Part shown: one piece after another, positions 53,780 through 64,000 of the stretch | How the letters are laid out: each line of letters opens with the position of its first letter | Numbering within the stretch: position 1 is the first letter of the stretch | Source: Phoronis australis | Lineage: Eukaryota; Animalia; Phoronida | Reading direction: 5' to 3' | Assembly: GCA_002633005.1 (NCBI GenBank) | Contig: NMRA01000137.1 | Span: forward strand, 806,001-870,000 | DNA: 64,000 nt | Program-made: the position numbers and the translations under genes | The notes under the pieces: model-generated | What the model was told of the DNA's origin: nothing | Seen by the model: the letters and a program-made list of their open reading frames with translations, nothing else | Database searches by the model: none

Positions 53780-56600
53780 CCTATTGACATATTTTGTAAG
53801 TGTCTAAATCTTTCTATTTCAATATGTAATGATAAAATTTTGCAATAGTAACAACTGTGGAATGTTACCTTTAAGTTTTTGATTAAGTACCAAAAATCTA
53901 GCTAAGCAAAATGTTTTATACAAATACTTTCTTAGGAGACTCGGGAAAACTAAACAAAGATATTTTAGTTCATATGGTGATATCTTCGTTGATAAAACAC
54001 AATTTATCCAATGGGATACACTACTCCATAGTGGCGTCACAATACTATAATCGCAAAAAGATGTGTGTTACTTTCATGAACTTTAGCACAATAAGTGCAA
54101 AGATTACTATCATCAGGAAGAGATAACCAGGAAGGGACAACTAGCTAAACCGCCGTTTTTGGCCTCCTTCCCCGGACTAATTTCAGGACTTAAGTTTCGT
54201 TTAAAAGGAAACAGATGATTTTATCAGAGAGATTAAAGCTTTTTCTATAGAAGGATATCAAAAAAACTCACTTTTCAACCTTAAACAGTGGTGTAATTGT
54301 ACTTTGAAAATATCGACTTCAGCGCACGCAATCGCAATTTCCCACACGCAGTCACGGGTATTTAAGCTTTTCCGTCGATGTATAGATGGCGCAGTAGTCA
54401 AGTACTACCTCATTTGCATATCAAATTTGCATGTGGGAGTTCTGAGACTCTCGTCAGTTTAGTTGTTGTCGACCGCTTGAGTGCATAAAGCGGTGACCTC
54501 CCGCTGAGAGCACGCGCTGATGAAGATACCACAGCTAACTCGATCGCTTCGCACTCAGGAGGTGAAAACACTCTCATGACCGCAGTTCTGAATTCCAGCT
54601 AAGCAAGCCCTATGTCGAGGAGCGGATTTGAATTGTTTTCGTCCTCAGACTGTGGATTGCAGAGAAGATTAGAATGAGGTCAACATCGAACTTTCTGCGA
54701 CTACCTATCGTGTTGAAAGTTTGAAGTGTCAGAACCATAGACGGAGCGCGCGGGATGTCTATGATTCCTNGTACATGCCTGGGAAGAGGCATCTTTTTAA
54801 GGGTAAAACAAGTCATGTTCAAAGCATCCTAGTGCCATTAATATGCTGTCTTTGGGGATCAAAGTGGTGTCATTTTATAGCTAAAAAGTTAAGCTTTCGA
54901 ACACAATGCTTGAATTACAGACGACTTTAACATTTACTTTTGAAATCACTTTTGAATATCCGTTAAAATGCGCTAAAACAGTTGTCCCTTCCTGGTTATC
55001 TCTTCCTGCTATCATCTATGCCGATTTTTTCAAAAAACAGTTAGTTGGAAAAAGTTTGTGAATCAGTTTTAAATTGAAACCACTTCATTTGAGTATCAGA
55101 TAAATTCCTAGTACAACAGTTTTTGTTTTTGCTCCATGTTCTTATCATTTATATTTAAGGACAAATTAATTCCATTTAACTTCAGAGCATTATTAACAAA
55201 ATCTTATAAAAATAATTAAAACCTTTCCGTAAAACTTGACAAATGCGTAATGATATTGGTAGTCCGAAAACAATTTGTTGATTATCAAACCTGTCCTTTA
55301 CATTTTGAATTACTGCACGAATACCAAAATGTATTTAAAAGGTGGTCGAAATCTCCCCGTGTACAAAGTTCTTGATAATCACGAGAAAGTCTTCCTAAGG
55401 AATGAATGAAATTGGCTACTATATGGAGGCCTTTTTTCATCAATGTTTTATAACATGTTTATCATCACTACAAATACAGTAGTTAAACTATAGCGGTTGA
55501 AATTCTAATTCCATCAAAAAAACGACATCAAAACGTACTTCCAAAAAGGGGTTTTAATTTGATTTGAAGGATTTTAAAAGATGAGAAAATCTGAGGAAAG
55601 ACAGACAAACATGAATTTAGCCCATGATACTTTATTAACTCGAGATAAAATTTTCCTTACCCAGCTACATTCTAAACTTTTTATGAAGAAATATATTTTG
55701 ATCATCTTTAATCCACCCATATCGTAGTCTTGGATAATGACTTTACGGCTCAACTATCAATTTTTCCATTCCAGACAAAACCAAAAAACATTTTTTCTGA
55801 CTGTTTTAAAAACATACTACTAGGCGAAGTGATGCTGAGAAAAAGATGTACACGTTGTGGTATTATTAACGTTTTAAAACAGTAATCCAACCAGGTACAC
55901 TCATTAGTCTTTTAAACCAACAGGAAATTGTTTTCTGAATACTAGCAACCTTCTCAGCATAGTTTTACTCAATCACATTTTTCAAACTGGGCGTAAAAAT
56001 TATGCCCAAAAGGAATTTTTTTTTTACTTTCCCATGTCAATTTTATGTTTTGACACAATAACATGTTCGAAGTGCGCTTAGAGTCTAACCAAACGCAGAA
56101 TGTTTTTTCTCTTTAGGCTTCAAACTAGACAAATTGGAAAATCGGTCCACTAATGAAAGTGATGACTTGAGTGAATTTTCAGAGCCACCAGGGAGTATAG
56201 CAGTATCACCAGCATATTTTAACACCTTATATTTCTTATTTTCAAAAACTATTCCCTTGCAACAGGATTTTTTTCTGAAGAATACACCTAAAATCTCTGC
56301 GCATAGCAGTAACAAGTAAGATGTTCTCCTTGACTACAACCACCGAAAATTGGAAAGACTTCAGAAAAATGATACAAAGCTTTGAATTTTCTAATAATAT
56401 TTGAGTCCACTTTCTAATGTTTTCTGAATAAGTCTCCAAGAGACTGAATCGAGTACTTTTTTCGAAATCTATTAGTATAATTCAATAATCCAGAGATATC
56501 TTGTTCAAGAATATAATGCATTATGTCATACAATAGACATGTGTTTTCTCCAATAAAGCGGAATGCTTCGTTGGTATTGAATGCACCCTTTTTACTCTGA
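53780..56600 (-). mobile_element. Decayed L1/Tx1-clade LINE (RT domain to C-terminus), interrupted by an insertion at 54114-55008
   Basis: RFIGENTCLLYDIMHYILEQDISGLL (RT N-part), KYAGDTAIL...DRFSNLSSLKP (degenerate YADD region), and C-terminal TPLWSSVSHWIN...LARFLV. Many stops and frameshifts. Confidence 0.85.
54114..55008. mobile_element. Non-autonomous TIR element with 7-bp TSD (P-superfamily-like)
   Basis: Perfect 29-bp TIR CAGGAAGAGATAACCAGGAAGGGACAACT; exact 7-bp direct repeat CTATCAT at 54107-54113 and 55009-55015. Confidence 0.92.
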
Positions 56601-57017
56601 TTTACACGTTTCACCATTGATGCGACGGTATGATATGTTCTCCAGATTTTCCATTGGATGTTTCAATGCCTTAATACTTCAGACATGTACAATACCTTCC
56701 GCAGATGAACTGTCGAATTAATGGACATATTTTCGTTCAGTAACGTGAGTCAAGAACTCTCTTTTTGAGTACACGATAACACTGGGTTCGCCAAAAATCC
56801 GATTTGAACTGTTCACATTTAGTTTTCTCTTGACATGGTTTTTTTTCCATGAATGCAACTCCTTTCCCACGAGTTGCACTGCTTACGACAAGTTTGTTTT
56901 TCTGAACACATTTCTTTCCTCTTAAACGACAGTTGTTTTATTTTACTTTAAGCACTGGCATTATCAAGCACGTGCGAGATACCATTACCGTGCATCGAAA
57001 CAGTCACGAGAAGTATT

Positions 57018-57044
57018 GTCTACCCATAGATTCTATGGTCTACC
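57018..57044. mobile_element. Probable P-type transposon excision footprint
   Basis: GTCTACC-CATAGA-T-TCTATG-GTCTACC: a 7-bp direct repeat flanking fused 6-bp inverted termini. Confidence 0.65.
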
Positions 57045-57515
57045 ATGAAGCAAGTTCTTGAAAACATACGGGCCGGGCAAACTGTATCTCATGAGAAAAA
57101 TAGGTTAGCAAGAAAAGAAATAAATTCGCGTTGAAAGAAATGTATTTGTGATAAAAGAGCTTTATTTCTACAAACTTTCAGTCTATTTGTAGATTTTGCT
57201 CACTTGCTTATGTTATTTTTTCAATTGGATGTTTAGCGCAAGGCCCTCTTTTACTTATGACATTAGTTAAAATGTTATCTGAAAACTGAGTCATTATTTC
57301 AATGAAAAGAAACGGGGACTTAGTCATTACGTTAGGGACTTTATATGAAAAGGTCCCTATTTACTTTCAACAATATTGCGAATTCAGCCAATACTTTTAA
57401 CTCTCAATATGTATCAAGCCTAAAACTTGACGTAGCGGTGAAAAATAGCAGAAAAAATGACAATCGGTGTGTGCAAAACGTACACAAACGTTTAGGAACA
57501 TGGATGAGTAGCCAT

Positions 57516-58437
57516 AGGCGGATTTAGGGGGGGGGGGGNAATTTGCCCCGGTAAATAAAATTATACGGATGAAAAAAGATTTAAATGTGTGCAGTTTTAG
57601 ATCCAATTTCAAGTGTCAAATTCGGAACACAGCGCATTCGTAACGGAACTATGGCTAAGTGTAGGCTCTCCCGCGATATCCTAGGCGACCGGCAGTGGCG
57701 CTGCGCACTACGACTCCGTTTCCGTCGTCTGCTCCACTGTGCAATGGAGAAAATTTACTTCATTTTTTAAAGAAAATGGAACCTGAGTGACGATGAAAAA
57801 ACAGAAGCTGCTGGTAAGATGTGAATTTTAATCGAAGCCTAAGTGAATCACTCAGAAACTCATTAATTCTCTCTTTGTCAAACCTTAACTTAAGACGACG
57901 ATGTCCAAAGCAATCCCGTCATTATTGCCAACACGAAAAACCGATTTGGTCTTTTGGGCATTTGAAGACTATCTTAAATACAACAAATTTGTTAAGAACG
58001 GATTACACAAAATATAAAACGTGTAATAAGCATTACAAAAAGAAGTAGGTTTCGCGCGCAAACGCTGTGGACCATAAACAAGTAGGTCTCTTAGTTTCTG
58101 TTGATTAGCGAAGTCGTGGTGGTGTAGTGGTGTGGCACGCGCATGCTATCAGCCAGGTCGTGAGTTCGGGTCTGTGAAACTCGTAATTTTTCCTGTGTGA
58201 CTCTATCTCCGTGTTTTTTTTTGTTTTTTTTTCCTTTTTTTTCTTGGATAATACATAAGAAATCAAGGAAAATGCTTGATTTTTAGAGAAAAAAACAGAA
58301 AAATTTCCTGGGCGGTTTGCCCCCCTCCCGACCTCCCCCCATTCGGTGCTGTGCGCATCTACAATCGTGGTTTGCGCAAATGCTTACAGCCGGAGAAAAT
58401 GTTGGCCCCCCCTAGTGATATCCTAGATCCGCCACTG
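57516..58437. mobile_element. hAT-type MITE with 8-bp TSD
   Basis: aggcggatttagggg ... cctagatccgccactg; flanks gtagccat / gtagctat (7/8 identical). Confidence 0.75.
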
Positions 58438-60306
58438 GTAGCTATAGGGATCTTTCGAGCAACGGGACACTGATACCTTGTGGTGACACCAACAGCCAGG
58501 TCCCCTTCTCTCGTGATTAGCTCCAACTGTGCAGTTGAAGTGGTACACCGTGGTCGTCCACGGCAGTGGAGGGTTCCCGTCTCCGAAGGCGCAAAAACAC
58601 ACCCAAAACTCCACAGATACGTAGACAAAGTCGACTACTGTAGACTTCAATTTCATGGTTAGTCTTCTCAAACGAGATCGGGAATTAGAGCCGTGTAATG
58701 TGCGTACGGGATGCGGTGTTTAGATGGATGACATTTTGGTGACCAGCTTCCCCACATAACAAAAGGCAGCGTTTACCGACAAGTTCACTACGGAAGGGTG
58801 CCACGTCCGAATAAATTCCCTACAATAGGTTTCACTTTGGATGTTAGCTTTTTTCATAAGGGTGAAATCGCCAGCAGTTCTTGGAAGCTGTAAGGAGCCC
58901 AACCACAATCATTGCTTGTATCCGTAGGAGAGGGGAGCGGGACGGTTCTGCCCCCCTCAAATTCGCTTCTACCAACCCACCCTCCAGTTCAGTTAACGAT
59001 CGAGGCTTCTCTTTTTTATAACAATTCAGGTTCCACATTTTTGTGTACGTACGCGTTTGCATTGAAAGATATTGTTTTTCTGCATACAATTCCATCCAAA
59101 TTGTAAAACATTGCCAAATATTAGCTAACACGACCAACAATTGACCAGTTTTTTTATCGTTCACTACTTCTCCGAACTCACCAAAGAAAGAAGGTGTTTT
59201 TTTTCAATGCTAAAGCGTTTTCTTTTTCGTAGCGCTTCAGTACCAAATTTCCAGAATTGACTGTCCGAACCCATGTGCCAGAAGCTGAATCACATTGGCA
59301 GCCGCCTAGTAAGTGGCGGAATTTTGTAAGAAAATATCGGTGTTGCGAATATGCGATATCTATGACATATGATTCGTTTTTAGCAGACACGTTGACTGGT
59401 ATTTGTAGAACTGTCCTCCAGGCCGCACGTAGACCGGATATGTATACGTGCTCTATTTTCATTGGTTAGTTTCGTCTGGGAGTAATGTGAATGAGGTTTC
59501 ATTCTGCTTTGGATGACAAGCGTGCCAAAATTCATCGTACTCTGACGTATCCGACTATTTGTAAAAACGCAAATGGTTGAACCAGGAAGCTGGTGATGAA
59601 CAGCATTTTTTTCCAGAATACAAAAAAGATGATACATTTTTTAACTTCCTGAGTTCGTTGTCTGTATTAGAAAGTACAAATAAGTGCTAGTAAATTGACT
59701 TGCTAAAAATATATATAGGGAAGAGTTGACGCAGAAGCAGTTATCTTCAGATGGTGAACATTACCATGTACATGATCAACTCACAGATTAGCAATTGAAA
59801 ACAGCAGAAAATGATATTATCGAAGTGGCAGAATAAAGAGAGATTAAGATAGAAGCGCATTTTGTGTTACGAAGTCCAATCCCGCAAGGCAGATTTGAGA
59901 AATAGGCTCATGTCACATTGCCACCTTAGCAACAACGATGTCAGGTCTTTTATATTCAATGGCAGCAAACACTTTAAATACATTTCAATGTATACACAAA
60001 GGGCAATGGTAATCAGAAAAAGCGAATTATTGAATCTTTAATGTCTGTGTTTGGTGTATGAAGTTTTATATGTGTTTTGCTGGGGGGCTTTTTCGGAAAT
60101 CCTTGTTATATAGAAAAATATATGAGAGTGGACACTACACATTTACTACACGAATGTATGAAAACAAAACTGTACTTATATGGTTGGCCAAGTGAATCTT
60201 GACAGCAGTGCAACGGACGCATTGTCGTACTTGGCCAACAATAGACGTAAACATGCACGCAGCAATAGAATTTGCTTTCGCGACAAAAGTATTACAAAGG
60301 CTGTTA

Positions 60307-61407
60307 CAAGGTGTTCCATGGAAACAGATACCCCGGTGAAAACAGATAACCCGGAGTCGAAAACAAGATTCCCGCGCCTTGAAAACAGCTAACCAGCCCA
60401 AAAAACACGAAAGCCGACATTTAAAACAGAAACCCGGGGATCGGACAGGACACCCGGGGATCGAAACACCACTCCCGCACTTATGGATGTTGTGATATGT
60501 TGTTTTACTATATTAGAATTTTAGACAACTTCTGACGGATTGACGTTCTACAATATTCTGCTGGTAAAGTTGTGGTGCAAACTTTCGGCGCCATGAAATA
60601 TTGCGTCACCTATTGGCCGGTTTCTTTTTTCCCAATTCTTCAATCAACTGTTCTTCTTGCGTACATGTAAAATAAATTTTCGGAACTGGTTTCAGTTTGT
60701 TACAGGTTTTTATTCTTGTATGTCCACCAAACTGAATTTCAGAACAGTAGCATTGATCTATCAATAAGAGCGGGAAAGCGTTGTGTTCAGAAATTCCGAT
60801 TCCAAATTCTGTTTTAATGATTGATGAGGAGTTGAAGTACTCTTTTTTGAGGGCAAGAATAGTGAAATTGGTGACGGTACAGGTGTTTTGACTGAATAAT
60901 TCTCGCGGTTGATTTCAAAATCCAGAAATTGTTTGTACCGGAAATAATGTACTCTCGAGAAGTAAATAGACGAACGCTAAGAAATAGTATTTTTGTTCTT
61001 CATTTGAAACTGTTTTTGGAGAAACTATTGAATAATCTGAAATTAACTAAATATTCAACGAGATAACAGCGTGTTGATAGTATAGATTATGTTGAAATTC
61101 GCCCACAGACAAGTTGCACGAGTTTTATTGATAAAAATCAAATAAAAAAGTCAATATGATATATATTACGTTTTATTATTGACAATTTCAACAAACAAAT
61201 GCAGAAAACAACTGCAAAGTGAAAGTTTGAGGCTACTGACATCGTCTCAGAAAAATTTAAATATTGTCCGGGTTTCCGGTCTGATCCCGGGGTTCCTGTT
61301 TTAAAGGTCGGGGTTCGTGTTTTTCTGGCTGCTTGAATGTTTTGAAAGTACGGGAGTCTGTTTTCGACTCCGAGATATTTTGTTTCTTGTTTCGATGGAG
61401 CACCTTG
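60307..61407. mobile_element. Tc1/mariner-type MITE with long (~150 bp) imperfect TIRs
   Basis: TA-CAAGGTGTTCCATGGAAACA...ggagtcgaaaaca... mirrored by ...tgttttcgactcc...tgtttcgatggagCACCTTG-TA. Confidence 0.85.
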
Positions 61408-62939
61408 TATAGACAGACCGAAATCTTGAAATGTCACATCATTCATGCAGCACTGAGTGCACTATCAGCTCCCGTACGTTTTAGCAACTACCCATTCGGA
61501 AATGTTGAACTGAACTTGCTTTTGTTGAGTACAGATGCACAATCTTACACACATACATGGGTCACAGAGGAATAGGGTGCGTCACCATAGGGTTACAGCC
61601 GTGTCAACCAGGGGTGGCGTCGTAATAGCTGCAACTCTAACGCGACCGTGAAATTAAAAATTTGCCAGCAAAAAAAGAACCGGAACACGATGTGAGTAAA
61701 TGTCCCAAGACCGACAGACTGGGGTGGCGTTCTTACTGCGCTGCTAAGGCGGCGGAAAAGTGTTTGCACGTCATGGTGGCGACAATTATGGTATAAGCAG
61801 GAAGGGAGTATCAGACATCATGCGACATCGTTGTGAGGATATCTGGCGTTTCCACCACTTCTATATTACGCTTATGACGAACATTGAGGCCATTTTTCGT
61901 CACTGTAGCAGCAGAATAAGGGCGTCATCCTGGTCCGTCTGACTATACCTTGTGGGACAGTGTAAAAGAAAAGTTGCGGGTTTTGCCGTCACCTAATTTT
62001 GGGATAAGAACTTTTAGCAATACAAAAAGTTTGTGTCACGACACACCACCGACCTTTATCGGTGGCGCCTGATTAACAAATCGTGTTGACATTTTGTTTT
62101 CACCGAATTTTCAAAGTGGCTGCCCACCAAATAAATTTTAACATGACTTGTTTCACATGTTTTGTGCAGGCTCAGGTCAAAAAACTTTAGCTGCAAAGTA
62201 AATGTAGGCCTAAAGTGCATCAAACGAATACGTATTCATAGAGAGGTTACAGACCTAAGCAACGTAAGTTATTGCAATTTTAAAACTTCACAGTTAAAAA
62301 ATACATACACAAAACGCTCCGAGAGTGGCGAAGATGAAGTTATATTCGAAAGGACATTATTTCGCGTATCGACCGTGACGGAAGGTCGATACGCGGAATA
62401 ATGCCGAGTGGGATATTACTTCATCTACGCAAATCGAGGTACGTTTTGTATTTATCCCATATGCTTCGAATTAATAAGTTTTTTTCATTCTTTTCGGCAG
62501 ACTTTTTAAATACTTCACCCAGACTGTTCAGGCGACGGATCACATCCTATATGTATGGACTTGTGCGTTTCGTTACAAGTTTTAAGAAACAGTTTCAAAT
62601 TGTTGTGGATTTGTGGATGACATGCATGCGTGTACACGTTTGCATTTCCATTCTTCTAAATTCAGTACATTTAACTACATGGGCGGCGCACCATAGGCAG
62701 GTTGGAGGGGCTATAACTCCCACTTTTTTCTGTGCTGCGCTGCCCATGAACTACCGTATTTTCTTGCACTGAAAAACCCCGACGAGCTTGTTCATATTAT
62801 TAGGGAAAAGGTCTAGACCCAATAAAAACTTAGGTCAATAAAGAAAGTCTTCTCTTTTCAATCAGTGTCAATGGCGCACATCCTCGCAGGCGTCATACGA
62901 GTAACAAACTTGATAGAAAATATTTTCAAGGTTATATGT

Positions 62940-63060
62940 CACTATTCCGAAGATTCACTACTCCAAAAGTCGACCACTACGAAGGTTTGCTACCTTCGAA
63001 AGTTCACTACTTCGAATGTCCACAATTCCTAAACCAGAACTCCGACAGTTCATTACTCTC
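62940..63060. repeat. Degenerate ~16-bp tandem repeat (ccgaaggttcactact-like)
   Basis: Units such as ccgaagattcactact, tcgaaagttcactact and ccgacagttcattact. Confidence 0.55.
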
Positions 63061-63639
63061 ATTGTCTGCTGATGAGACGGAACTAACATGAGAAAAGTAT
63101 TGTCCATTTCGTATTTATTTAAAGGCTAAGTCCTAAACAGAACAAACACTTAGAAACCACTTATTTCCATAAACTGCTGTAACATCTTTTTAACACTATT
63201 TATAGAAAAAACCTAACACACAGTTTTGGTAAGTTGTCCAAAGCGGCTCTAAAATGTAAATGAAAAGATTTCAGAGGCCAGACTATTCCCGTCATCCATG
63301 CAAGGTTAAAAATTTCAAAAGTCATTTAGTCTACGTTGTAATGAAGTTTTGCAGTACAAGTCACATTTTTCCTTCTGAAAGGTTAGAAAATATACTTTAC
63401 ATTTGAGAAACTGGATTCACATTACAACCTGCTAAGTTTTAACAAAACGGATTTTTCATTGATTCTAACCTTAGTTTTTCTTCCCTGAAGTGAGATAAGC
63501 CATCACAAGCTGCGATTAGGTCTCACCACTTTAGGATAAAATGTGTGCGAGAAGTGAAATTTTCTTTGTTGATTTTCATTTGTTAGCAAAAAAAAACACC
63601 CACCAGCCAGCACACAGGATTGCAAAGGCAACAGGCTTA

Positions 63640-63900
63640 CCAAGACCTGAGTCATGTGACGAAGTTGCTTTTCACTGGCCACCACTGCCCCTATGAAACG
63701 TTCTGACGGCATGACAAGTCCCTGTTCCTGCTTCAAATTCACCAAAGTGTAACATTTCTGTAAGCAGGTAAGGGCACACTACATACAGGAGACGTCCTAC
63801 CCATGGAACACGCAAGGAATTTGATCAAATTCGTCCCTCCCAGCAACATGAACAACCGTGTTCTCCACTAACGGTTTTACTCAGAAGAAGAATCACAGCT
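63640..63900 (-). pseudogene. P-element/THAP9-like transposase C-terminal fragment
   Basis: LVENTVVHVAG ... LIKFLACSMGRTS ... TLVNLKQEQGLVMPSERFIGAVVASEKQLR across frameshifts; matches the YIAGFV...C..C...GGL..PS pattern of P transposases. Confidence 0.75.
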
Positions 63901-64000
63901 CTCCGAGACAAGTTGCTCCGAATCGAAAGGGTCCATCTCGCCTGATATTCGTCATGTCCGGCTGGCGATTGGTGTGTGGCCGTAGACAACTACAAAATTT

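Noticed and set aside
58450-59640. Run of minus-strand ORFs that might be a pseudogene
   Set aside because: No protein family was recognisable in any frame.

Overview
AT-rich, repeat-dense animal (probably marine invertebrate) genomic DNA with one 779-nt assembly gap (32853-33631). The one clearly supported protein-coding gene lies on the minus strand. It is a TRP cation channel with a TRPV-type core (last ankyrin repeats, pre-S1 linker, S1-S6, IGMAD pore filter, TRP-box region), an unusually long array of about 18 ankyrin repeats and a C-terminal coiled coil. It is encoded almost entirely by one 3.8-kb exon (35937-39722) plus two small phase-0 upstream exons (40142-40306, 42174-42221), about 1332 aa in total. 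The rest is mostly decayed transposons: a pogo element with TIRs, DDE and PHD remnants interrupted by a LINE 3' end; an L1/Tx1 LINE interrupted by a 7-bp-TSD element; P-element and THAP/Kolobok-type transposase relics; several TIR MITEs; tRNA-derived SINE-like pieces; and a palindromic 12-bp minisatellite. The left ~22 kb looks like the intron of a second minus-strand gene whose promoter may lie near 22.2 kb, which is an inference only. Family assignments come from motif recognition by eye; no searches were run.
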